A DNA stretch of 64,000 bases from Octopus sinensis. Its lineage: Eukaryota. The translations under genes were made by a program, and so were the position numbers. Below, one piece after another: positions 25,250 to 36,875 of this stretch. The notes below the pieces were generated by a model, which saw only the letters and a program-made list of their open reading frames with translations, made no database searches and was not told the DNA's origin. The stretch lies in assembly GCF_006345805.1 (NCBI RefSeq), contig NC_042999.1, positions 165,602,001 through 165,666,000 on the forward strand. The letters run 5' to 3'. How positions within the stretch are numbered: the first letter of the stretch is position 1; the number at the start of each line of letters is the position of its first letter.

Positions 25250-25915
25250 CAAAAACGTAGATTATGTCATATTTTTGTGGAAGACATCACACCTGTAATT
25301 AGCAGCTGCCCAAAATATCATCAAGATACTACCTCCCTATGCAATATGATGTTGTTGCAAAAACAATATCCAATGCCTTCTGACAGAAAGACTGTCTGGA
25401 ATATTAAATACATATGCAAACATCAACACGAGGAATATTGGTGGAACATTCCCATCAAAACATCTGTCAAGTGTAAGCATAACATGCCGGATATTGTTGT
25501 TTGGGACAGACAAGTAAAGGTATGTACTGTCATAGATGTTGGCTGTTCTGCTGATGTGGATATCTGTTTGAAAATCAAACAGAAAGAAGATAGCTATGCA
25601 CAACTACTTGGAAACCTCCAGCTTTTACATCCAGATTGTAAAATCACATTTATACCAATAATAAATGGTGCATTTGGTTTTATGAGTAAATGTCTAAGTG
25701 ACTGAATAAACTCGAGTTTTTGAAAAAAGTAAAAAAACCAACTAACTCACACATTACAAATACAACCTGTAAGTAGAACAGTAAAATATGCAAGACTTTT
25801 CTCAAGTTTAAATTGTGACCTTTCTGTTATCTCCATTCCAATGATGTAGTTTAGTATCTTTGTTAGAGACCAGCTCCTTCCTCAGTAGAAGAATTTAAAT
25901 AATTAAAAACAGAAG
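25250..25915 (+). pseudogene. 5'-truncated RLE-type (R4/Dong-like) non-LTR retrotransposon 3' end within (CATA)n
   Basis: Decayed zinc knuckle (EDITPVISSCP), EYWWNIPIKT..KHNMPDIVVWD..C.VIDVGC (PD..D/E endonuclease) and FIPIINGAFG. Flanked on both sides by TACA repeats. Confidence 0.85.
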
Positions 25916-25970
25916 AATACATACATAACCATATATGCATGCATACATAAATGCATGCTTACATATATGC

Positions 25971-26131
25971 ATACATACATACATACATACATACATACAT
26001 ACATACATACATACATACATACATACATACATACATACATACATACATACATACATACATACATACATACATACATACATACATGCATGCATACATACAT
26101 ACATACATACATACATACATACATACATACA
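25971..26131. repeat. (TACA)n microsatellite
   Basis: Direct. Confidence 0.98.
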
Positions 26132-27069
26132 TAATTCAACCCACGCTAGAATGGACAGCAAAGGTTTGATGATGATGACGATGATGATCATACAATCTTT
26201 TTCTTTTCTTTTTATTGGAGAAAAGAATGTCAGTACGTAGATATTTTTTTAATGTATTAGTGTTATTTTGTTTTATTTGATATACTGTCTTATTTTATTT
26301 TTAGCTTTAATCTATTAATTACCATGGTGCTTCTCTTCATAGCTGTAAGTTCAGTTACAAAAGTTTTGATCTACTCTTCTTTGCCTGTATGACAGATACA
26401 GTTGCATTGTTAACGAAACTGCTTGGGTTACAGTTTTGTGTTATGTGATCTTAGCATGTCTTGAATACTCCACTTACATGAATCAAAGGTATTTTGAACA
26501 ATTAATAACAAACACAGAAATGTCTTTCATGTGCAAGGATTATATTAGCTTGTTTAGGATTGAGTTTCTGCATACTGAACAGGACAGTTTCTTAATGCTA
26601 GTATAGAATATATATCGATGTTGACATAGAAGCCAGCCATGGCTGTATAGTAAGTTTACTGGATGGTATCTTGGACAAGTGTCTTCTTCTGTAGCCCTGG
26701 GCTAATCAAAACCTTGTGAGTGGATTTGGCAAATGGAAACTGAAAGAAATATATATATATATATATTGTGTGTGTTGCTGTATCCTTGTCGTAGCTTTGT
26801 TTGATAACTGTAAACACATGTCACTATCGTGTAAGTGATGTCCTTCATTTCCAACCTTTCATGAAATTTTATCCTATTTGGAAACAGGTGAGGATCAATG
26901 ACAGTAAAGGCATCCAGCCACATCAACAAATTCCATTCAACCCATGCAAGCATGGAAAAGCAAATGCTAAAACAATGTTGATAATATAGTATATATTTCT
27001 AGTATATAAAACAAAATTTGCTCCATGTCTTAGGATACTGATAAGTGATAGGGAATATACTGTTTACAG

Positions 27070-28545
27070 CAGTGGTTCTCAAACAGAGTCCACATGGCCC
27101 TTGGGAGTCAAAAAGATTTTATCTACAATAAATTGGATATACATCTATTGGGTCATCCCATAAATAATGCTGTTTTTTTAAAGATAAATAAAGTTCTTTT
27201 TTAATCTAAAATATACTCTCCTTCATTTTTTACAATGCTCTTCCATTTATCTGGTAGCCTTGCAAGGCCCCTCTTCCAAAATTCACTTGTCCACGACAAA
27301 AAATACTCCTTCAGTACTGTTCTGACCTCGTCTACAAAATTCATATTTTTCCGTTCAAATGACTTTGAAGTCAGCAGAATAAATGATAATCAGATGGGGT
27401 AATGTCCAGCAAATATGGTGGGTGGAGCATCATTTTCCATTCAAACTGCTCTAGCCTTTGGAATGTCATCTTTGCTGTATGTGGCTGAGCATTATCCTGA
27501 TGGAAGAACACCTTTCGTCTTGAAACCAAAGGTGGTTGTTTTTCTTCTAGTGCTGACTTAAGCTGCTCACAGTAGATCTCCTTTGTTATTGTTTGGTTTG
27601 GGTTTAAAAGTTCAAAGTGGACTAAACCTTTCATATTCTACCAAACAGATAACAACACCTTACATGGCTGAAGACCTTCTTTAGCCTGGGGTGCCAGTGT
27701 TTCTCCTTTCTCTACCCACTGTCTTTTGGCATTTTTATAGAGAACCCATTTCTCATCACCAGTCACTATTTGGTCCTAAAAAGGGTTCATTCGTGAGACA
27801 TAAGAGCAAAGAAGAGTTTACATTCACTCTCTGCACTTAATTAGACTCAGAAAGTTGGTGAGGAACCCATTGATCTAATTTGCTGACTTTTCCGATAGCA
27901 CACAGATGTTGACAAATGGTTGAATGACCAAATCCAAGCCTCTCTGCTAGTTCCTCAACAGTTACGTTGGGATTTTGTTCCACCTGGGTTTGCAGGACAT
28001 CCTTGTCAAGCTCTACAGATCTTCCAGGATGAGGTTTGTCTTCTAGGCTGTAGTTTCCGGCTCAGAATTTTTGGTCCCACTGCTGACACTGGCTTATGCT
28101 TATTGTCTGATCCCCATATACTGCATTAATATTCCTTGCACTTTCCATTGCTTTGTTGCCATTATTGAACTCATAAATCAAAATATGCCGAATATGCTCC
28201 TTTGTCACTTCCATTATAGCTTTGAATAAATAACTGTTAAAATTGAATTGCACTCTTCAAAACTTGCACTAAGAATAAGGACAAAGTAAAATTACTACCT
28301 GTTTTTATAGCAAGTTGATGCAGGTAGTTTATCCCATCCCCATCTGACTTTACATGCAATTGAAAAACTGCATTACCAATACAATACACAAAATATTTCA
28401 ACAATCTTTTTAATACAATTCCTAATAATATTTAATTATAAAAATATATTAGGACATTTTTAAACATCAAATGGCTGTAGGGGTCCTGTTAGAGTAAAAT
28501 AGATATCAAAAGGGTCCATAGGCTAAAAATAGTTAGGAACGTCTG
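27070..28545. mobile_element. hAT (Charlie-like) MITE interrupted by a mariner
   Basis: TIR cagtggttctcaaac, decayed right end agttaggaacgtctg, and 8-bp TSD gtttacag/gtctacag (7/8 match). Confidence 0.7.
27148..28379 (-). mobile_element. Near full-length decayed mariner (D,D34D-type transposase pseudogene)
   Basis: TA TSDs. Left TIR intact; right TIR has an internal deletion. ATG at 28214 (MEVTKEHIRHILIYEF), HQDNAQPH and HPPYLLDITPSDYHLF. Confidence 0.93.
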
Positions 28546-30084
28546 GTCTACAGTAGCAAGATCAGCTTTATAATAGCTTAGTCTTTAAGATTTGGCACAA
28601 GTCATTTGTATTTTTCTTCCTTCCTCTTCTATTTGTTGCTCTTTCATCTTTTTCTGCTGTTCACTTTATTACAAACATTCCTCATTGCATCTCAGTATCC
28701 TCCACTAGAAATAATTTGACCACAGTACTCAACATGCTTTTCATATCCAACATAAAAGAAATAATTCTTCGCATATTCCATCTCAGAATATCCCTCTGAT
28801 GGCTTAATTAATTGCTGTCATTATGAGGTTTGTTATTTGAAACTTTTATCAATTCTATCTACTCACAACATTGTGGGATGCACATTTTGCTACTGATACA
28901 AACAAAACAATTAATGATGCTACTAGTTGAGGAAATGAGGAGCTAAGCACAAGGCTCATATTTTGGTTAGCAACAAAGCAATGAGCTGGCAGAATTGTTA
29001 GCACACTGAGCAAAATGCTTAGCAGCATTTCATTCGTCTTTATGCTCTGAGTTCAAATTCTGCTAAGGTCAACTTTATCTTTCATCCTTCAGGAGTTGAT
29101 AAAATAAATACCAGTTGATCATTGGAATCAATTACATTGACTTTTGCCTCCTCTGAAATTGCTGGCCTTGTACCAAAATTGGAAAAGAATATTTTGGTTA
29201 GGAACAAGGCCAATTAGTGTACAAAAGAGGTATAATACTGCTAAAATAAATAGCATAATTACTGTTAATTTACCTTCTCAATCCAGAGAGATAAAATTGT
29301 AAAATCAATACCTGTTATTTCAGGTTTAATTTTAAAAAAGTTAGCTGTCTTAGGTTGATAAAAGAACTCACCATATCTGATTGTGTTTCTATCCATTACA
29401 CTACTTTTAGGCAGCGAGTTGGCATTGGCAGCATTTCATCTGTTTTCACTTTCTGAGTTCAAATTCCACTGAGGTTGACTGCCTTTCATCCTTTCAGGGT
29501 CAATAAAATTGAGTATTGACATTGATTTAATCAACTCACCCATTCTCCTAAAATTGCTGGCCTTGTATGAAAATTTGAAATCAATAAATTACACTACTTT
29601 CTTACAAAATTTGGTTGTATATAAACTTCTTCAAGATAGATCCAGCTGTCAGTCTATTCTATCAAGAAAAATCAAATCATTACCTTCTTTTAACAAGGAC
29701 GATCAGATAAGTCTTCCTCTGTCTGATGGTCAGGATGTATGAAGTGGCATGCTAGACTTAGTTGGAAGATTTGATGATAGATCTTTTCCTCTAAGACAAG
29801 TTTTCCTAAACATTTTTGACACTTTAGCATTATTTAGATTATTCTAAATAGTTGTCAAGCAGCAGTGGGGGACAAATACAGACACAAAGACAAACACAGA
29901 AATATATATATACAACAGGCTTCTTTCAGTTTCCATATCCACTCACAAGGCCTTAGTTGGCCAGGGGCTATAGTAGAAGATACCTTCCCAAGGTGCCATG
30001 CAGTGGGACTGAACCCAGAACTATGTGATTGGGAAGCAAGTTTCTTACCACACAGCCATGCCAGTTATTAAAAGTACCAGTAAG

Positions 30085-30565
30085 GAAGCAAGCAGGTAGA
30101 ATCATTAGCATGCCAGGCAAAATGCTTAGTGGCATTTAGAGTTCAAATTCTGCCAAGGTTAACTTTACCTTTCATCCTTTTGGAGTTGATAAAATAAGTT
30201 CCAAAGCACTGGGGTATATGTAATTGACTTATCCCCTCCCCTAAACTTGCTGGCCTTGTGCCAAAATTTGAAACCATTATTATTATCAGTCATGCACTGA
30301 AGTTGAGATAATCAACTAACCCCCTCCCACTAAAATTGCTGGCCCAGTGCCAAAATTTGAAACTATAAATGTTATTGTTGTTGTTAAGGTGGCAAGCTGG
30401 CAGAATTGTTAGCCGCATGAATGAAATGCTTTGCAGTGTTTCTCCTCTCACTACAGTCTGACTTCAAATTCTCCTCAGGTCAATAAATTAAGTATCAGTG
30501 AAACACTGGTAATCGACAAGTTTCCTCCACCCAAATTTCAGGCCTTGTGCCTTTAATAGAAAGGC
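30085..30565 (+). mobile_element. Head-to-tail cluster of SINE family B copies (two substantial, one short 3' piece) ending in (ATT)n
   Basis: Repeated gcttagtggcatt/ctttcatcc/ggccttgtgcc modules at 30085-30285, ~30310-30365 and 30385-30565. Confidence 0.75.
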
Positions 30566-31156
30566 TTATTATTATTATTATTATTATTGTTTCTGTTGTT
30601 CTTATTGTTATTTTTTCTATTTAGCAGTTTTAGTTTTATTGCTTGTTCTGTGCACAACTTTGTCTGCCTTGGATATCTGCAGTATTTTGTTTAGATTTTG
30701 TTTAGATTTTGTTAGATTTTACTCTATTGAAAGTGTTCTACATAATGTGCATGTTGTGTTAACAGTGTTGTTTTGTGTATATTGTGTATATTTTTAAGTC
30801 CAGAGGGTTTAGGTATAGAGTTAACTGCATGTTTTTTTGTTTTTTTTTTATCATTCTTGCGGCACCTTATAGAGATTACTTTTGTTTTCAGGCCCAACAT
30901 TCAGATTACCTCTATTTTCAGATCCTTATATTTAGATTCTTTTAAAGATATATTATTATCTGTTGGGACTGATATGCCGATTATGAAGCAATTCTTTTCC
31001 TAGTTATCCCTAACAATGATTTGCTTTGTTCTCCCTATTTGTATAGTGACATATCCCTATTGCTTTGCTAATAGTCTCTTGCCTATACCATCTCCTCTCT
31101 GTTGATATTTCTTGTATTATACTTGTCTGTGGATGTATTATTATTATTATTATTAT

Positions 31157-31545
31157 CATTTCATATACATCAGGCTACATGTAACTTTAGATGCCAAGAA
31201 CCTTCCTAAGTATCCGAGCTGTCACTAATAATACTGTTTTCTGGAGTTGCACTAAACTAGGTTTCCTTTATCCATTTGTTCAAATCTTTAGGGTTAGTTC
31301 CTTATGCACCTATAACTACAGGGATACATCTTACTTGCACTTTCCATAACCTCTGTAACTCAATGGCTCGGTCCTGATGCTTTGCTATTTTCTCTATAAT
31401 ACCTCTCATATTGACTTTCTCATCATTTAGGGCTCTAAAGACTATTACCTGGCATTTTCTATTGTCTTCACCAACTACTTCTAAATCAGGCCTTCTAGTT
31501 TCTATTACTTTGTCAGCCTGAATGTTAAAATACCACATTATTATT
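31157..31545 (-). pseudogene. R4/Dong-like RLE retrotransposon 3' end with (TAA)n tail
   Basis: MWYFNIQADKVIETRRPDLEVV..CQVI..CIPVVIGA..QKTVLLVTARILRKVLGI*; stop at 31187-31189, ~30-bp UTR, then (TAA)n. Confidence 0.9.
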
Positions 31546-31559
31546 TTTGTTAGACGAAC

Positions 31560-32250
31560 TAAACAGCTTAGACAGAAAGGAAGTTGCTAACTAGATATGG
31601 GGACACTCCACCCAAAAAGTGACAAGACAGGCTGTATGTACCAAGAAAAAGAGGGGGAGGAGGACTTATTGGATGCAAACACAGCATTAGAGCAGAAGAA
31701 AGCAACATAACATGGTATGTAAGAAATGCCACAGAACCACTATTATTAGAAGTAAGATGGTCAGGCCTGTGTAGGATGAAAGATTGCAAAGATAAAGCAC
31801 TATACAAGCAATTGAAAACGAATGAAACTGAAAATAGGTGGGTAAAGAAAAGAATGCATGGTCAATTTCATAGGGATGTTGAAGATAAGACAGAGAAAAG
31901 AGATGGCTGTGGATGACTAAAAGTGATTTAAAACCGGAAACTGAGGCTCTAATCTGTGCTGCCCAAGAGCAAGCACTAAGAACAAACTACATAAAATACA
32001 GCACAGACAACACATCAGAAAGGGATAAGTGCAGAATCTGTGGACAAAATGGTGAAACCGTATTGCATATTACCAGCCAATGTATGCCACTGGCCCAGAA
32101 GGAATATAAGAGATGCCATGACAATATAGCAAGGCTTGTCCATTGGACACTTTGCAACAAGTATGGGCTTGACAGAGCAAAAGATTGGCACGACCACAAA
32201 CCCAGAGGCATCATCGAAAATGATAATGCAAAGATCCTGTGGGATTTTGT
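31560..32250 (+). pseudogene. R4/Dong-like RLE retrotransposon post-RT and zinc-knuckle segment in opposite orientation
   Basis: HPKSD.DRLYVPRKRGGGGL, HGQFHR, ETEALICAAQEQALRTN, CRICGQNGETVLHITSQC (CCHC), NDNAKILWDF, then (ATT)n. Confidence 0.92.
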
Positions 32251-32277
32251 TATGATTATTAATATTATGATTATTAA

Positions 32278-32313
<36 letters not shown>

Positions 32314-32321
32314 CATCATCA

Positions 32322-32555
32322 TTGGACAAAATGCTTTGCAGTATTTCATGTCTTCACGTTCTGAGTTCAAATACTGCCAGGGTTGACTTTGCCTTTCATC
32401 CTTTCAGGGTCAATAAATTAAGAACTAGTTATGCACTGAGGGTCGATGTAATTCACTAGTCCCCTCCCCACAAATTTCAGGCCTTGTACCTTTAGTAGAA
32501 AGGATTATTATTATTTTTATTATGATCATTCTTCTTCTTCTTCTTCTTCTTCTTC

Positions 32556-32595
<40 letters not shown>

Positions 32596-32619
32596 CATTA
32601 TTATTATTATTATTATTAC

Positions 32620-32661
<42 letters not shown>

Positions 32662-33090
32662 CATCATTACTAATAAAGGCGGAAAGGCAGTGAGCTGGCA
32701 GAATCGTTAGCACGCTAGATGAAATGCTTAGCGGTATTTTACCTGTCGAGGTCAACTTTACCTTTCATCCTTTAGAGGCCAATAAATTAAGTACCAGTGA
32801 AAAACTGGGGTCGATGTAATCAACTAGTCCCTCTCCTCAAATTTGAGGCCTTGTGCCTCCTGTAGAAAGGATTATTAATAAAAGCAGCAAGCTGGCGGAA
32901 TTATTAACACGCCAGATGAAATGCTTTCCAGTATTTCGTCAGCCACTACGTTCTGAGTTCAAATTCAGCTGAGGTCGACTTTGCCTTTCATCCTTTCAGG
33001 GTTGATTGAATAAGTACCAGTTATGCACTGGGGTCAATGTAATCCTTTCCCCAAAATTTCAGGCCTTGTGCCTACAGTAGAAAGGATTAT
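32322..33090 (+). mobile_element. Three tandem SINE family B copies linked by (ATT)n/(CTT)n tracts
   Basis: Copies at ~32322-32515, 32680-32875 and 32880-33090, each ending agaaaggatt. Confidence 0.88.
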
Positions 33091-33104
33091 CATCATCATC
33101 ATCA

Positions 33105-33525
33105 TCATTGAGTGAGAGAGCAGTGCATGCAATCAAAGTGACACTGGGGTAAAATATACAAAGCCGAGTATACCCACATTGGCTACCCATCTGTTAGGGG
33201 TACACCAGGCACATGCATCACAACCATATGTGTGCAGTATGGTGATCTCATATTAAGATAAACAGTTAGAATTTTCTTCAGGTTGAGTAGCCCATCTCAC
33301 TCAAAAGGTCTCTGTATAAGGGTCGTTTAAGGATGTTGAATGAAACACCCATGTTTCCAGAGGTGAATTATTCAGACCCCAAAGAATTCCTCTCAACACA
33401 TGGCTATGATGCTCCCCCACTACTTCTGCTCATGATCAGAGATGCACATATTGTCAGCCACCAAGGAACATGCTTAACTGGTTACGGTCAAACAACTAAC
33501 AAACAAATCTATGGTATTTGCTGTA
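33105..33525 (-). mobile_element. SINE-like family C (AAT/GAT-tailed)
   Basis: Reverse-complement homolog of 50985-51430. Confidence 0.85.
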
Positions 33526-34864
33526 GCCTATTTTTATATCATCAACCATCATCATCACCACAACCACCACCACCACCACCACTACCATCATCATCATCAT
33601 TTTTTAAAGAAGTGATGTAATAAAAATGATAAAGAACAGTAGTTAGTAAATCCTTCACATTTCATGCTCAAATACTTCTAACGTTAGTGTTACTTTCCAT
33701 TTCCAGTTATATACTGAAATCAACCCAATAACCCTTCCTATCTATTAATGGCTCCATACCCATGTACAAAATATTCCTGGTATTTATTTTATTGATCCAG
33801 AAGGAATGAAATACCAAACTGATTTTAGTTTTTCATCCTTCTTCCATAGGTAATACAAAAAATGTTAAATGAACCTAATAGAGAATCTCTACATTTTCAT
33901 TTGTGCTGCTAGAAACAGAAACCATATCTTCCTAAAATTAAAGGAGGACACATTGGATAATTACTCCTGGCTACTCAATATATGAGAAAAGATGAGATGG
34001 GATGGTTAGAACTGGAATACTATTGATGATAATTCAGTTGAATAACAACAAATAAATACCAAACTTGCACAAGAGTAGATTTAATTGGCTCTGCCTACTC
34101 TGATAATTGTGTGTCACTGTATTAAAGCAAGAATTACCAATAATTAGTTGTCATATAATTAGTAAAATTACAACTGTATTTCTTACATCAAAATAATAAA
34201 ACCTGAAACAAATTAAAGTCTCTCATCCAAGTGAAATTCTTGTCTCAATGTACAGGAAACAGTGAAACAGTGAAAAAACATTGTGTGTGTTTATGCATCT
34301 GCATATGTGTGTGTGTGCATCATCATCACCGCTTAATGCCTGCCTCCCATGCTGGCATGGGTTGGATGGTTTGACAGGAACTGACCAGGCAGAACACTGC
34401 ACCACACTACTGTGTCTGTTATGGCACGGTTTTTACAATTGGATGCCCTTCCTTACACCAACTGCCCAGCAGAGTGGACTGAATGCTTTTTAGGTGGCAA
34501 GAGCACAGGTGAGGTCAGTTTTGGCATGGGTTTTATATGATTAGTAATTGAAAGATTAGGGAGACATCTGTGTAAAAGATTGTAATGATAATGATGGGGG
34601 TTGCGGTGACAACAACAACAATGAACTTCACTAAAATTTTGATGACAGTACAGGGTATGAATACCTGACGACACTAGAACTGGGATTAAGGCAAAAGAAA
34701 AGATATCCCAAGTGAAAAATTTCAAATATATAACCACCACAAAGGAAAGTACATTTAATATCAATAATACCTATAGGTATAGTCTCTAGCAGACTTGATA
34801 AACAGTTAACTAGAATAAAGAAATACATGGTAATACCAATAGCAATAAGATCTCTAGAAATGGT

Positions 34865-35090
34865 ACTCTTTTATTCTTTTACTTGTTTCAGTCATTTGAC
34901 TGTGGCCATGTTGGAGCACCACCTTAAAGGGTTTTAGTCGAAGAAATCGACCCCAGGACTTATTCTTTGTAAGCCTAGTTTCTATTGGTTTCTTTTGCCA
35001 AACTGCTAAGTTACAGGAACATAAACGTACCAGCATCGGTTGTCAAGCGTTGGCTGGGGACAACACAGACACACGCACATAAATACATAC
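34865..35090 (-). mobile_element. SINE family A, 3' half, low divergence
   Basis: tcttttacttgtttcagtcatttgactgtggccatgttggagcacc... up to the central microsatellite. Confidence 0.85.
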
Positions 35091-35109
35091 ATAATGCACA
35101 CGCACACAC

Positions 35110-35219
<110 letters not shown>

Positions 35220-35372
35220 TCGAAATCTGCGATGAGGGATCAGTTTCTGACTGAAGAATGAAGGCTTTGAATGACCCGTTTGTCTTTTTGTTCGTCCCTT
35301 CGTGTATTTCACGTTATTTATTTATATAAAGGTCTATTATATATATATATATTATATATATATATATATATA

Positions 35373-35736
35373 CTAGCACTATATATAAAACACCAGGTCA
35401 TAGTGCTAGTGCATGCATATACAGTTGCGTGCGTGCACACATACACGCAAATACTGTCCAAATCTCCGACCAATTACATACAGCTATCTGGCATTCAATT
35501 GGCGTATCAAGTTTTGTGCATTTTGATTAGGTTTTGGATAGAAAATCCACAAAAAAGTCACTTCTATTGATTTTTTAATGGCTTTATGGGGTGACTGGGG
35601 AAATGTAAAGATGTACACGACCACCCTTGGACGATTTTGAATGACCATAGAAAGTGCGAGCCCTCTAACTGAAAAATTGTGGATTTGTATAAAGAACACG
35701 CACGCAGACATTTTGCCAGTTTTATATATATATAGA
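35373..35736 (-). mobile_element. Non-autonomous Helitron-like element
   Basis: Minus strand begins a|TCtatatatatataaaactggcaaaatgtctgcgtgcgtg and ends CTAG|t. An 11-bp inverted repeat at 35372-35410 atypically includes the CTAG. Confidence 0.5.
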
Positions 35737-35798
35737 TATCATCATCATCATCATCATCGTTTAACGTCCGCTTTCCATGCTAGCATGGGTTGGACAGT

Positions 35799-36540
35799 TC
35801 AGGGAATGAGAATGGGCCGCAACTATGCGAACCTATTCGTTGGCTACATTGTTGGTTATATAGTGCAGGAGAAGTGGAGGGCAGGATGGAAAGATTTGAC
35901 AAAAGAGAGGAAGGAGTCTAAATGTTCGCAGGAGAGTAAGGTCGCACCGATACAATCATCAATATAATGGCTTGAAGCCCAAATATTCTCAAGTTCCACT
36001 GGTCCCACTCCCAAACTATACAGCCATTATATTGATGATTGTATCGGTACGACCTTACTCTCCTGCAAACATCTAGACTCCTTCCTCTCTTTTGTCAAAT
36101 CTTTCCATCCTGCCCTCCACTTCTCCTGCACTATCTCTGACACCTCTGTCTCCTTTCTTGATATTTCGGTCAGCATTCATCACTCCACTCTCACCACCTC
36201 CATCCACTACAAACACACAGACTCACCCTCATACCTCAACTTCTCCTCCTCCCACCTAAAAAAAAACCAAGCTTTCCATCCCCTGTTCCCAATTCCTCTG
36301 TTTATGCAGGCTCTGTAGTGACAACCATGACTTTGAAACTCAGTCTCAACTCATGGCTCGCCACTTCATCCTACGTGGATATCCTCTCACCACTATCCAC
36401 ATTGCCCTTGCCAGAGCACATTCAATGGATCGTGCATCTGCTCTCTCCCCCACACCCACCCCACCATCTCCTGTCTCTCATTTCCCCTCACCTACCACCC
36501 CACCACCCCACCACCCCAATGCACCATTCTCCAAGCCTTC
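35799..36540 (+). pseudogene. Penelope-like element reverse transcriptase fragment with an inverted internal insertion
   Basis: GMRMGRNYANLFVGYI / EAQIF..LYSHYIDDC..FHPALHFSCTIS..VSFLDI..IHYKHTDS..YLNFSSSH / SQFLCLCRLCSD..F..RGYP: PLE RT and thumb motifs. Confidence 0.92.
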
Positions 36541-36544
36541 CAGT

Positions 36545-36875
36545 GAAGTTGACCTTGGTGGAATTTGAACTCAGAAAGTGATGCCAGGCGAAATATTGCT
36601 AAGCATTTTGTCCAGCATGCTAACGATTCTGCTAGATCACCACTTTCACTGCTTTAGTAATAATAATAATAATAAAGGTTTCAAATTTTGCCACAAGGGT
36701 AGCAACTTTGGGGGTGGAAATGAGTCAGTTACACCAACCCCAGTGTTCAACTGATACTTATTCTATCAATCCCAAAAGGATGAAAGGCAAAGTCAACCTC
36801 GGCAGAATTTGAACTCAGACGAAATGCTGCCAAGCATTTTGCCTGGCATGCTAATGATTCAGCCAGCTCGCCAAA
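36545..36875 (-). mobile_element. Two tandem SINE family B copies joined through (TAA)n
   Basis: Reverse complement of the family B head and body, twice. Confidence 0.8.

Noticed and set aside
35221-35340. ctgaaga...gaa segment in a (TA)n island as a second hammerhead
   Set aside because: No stem II pairing and no GAAAC/stem III. It may be a repeat remnant but is not a supportable ribozyme.
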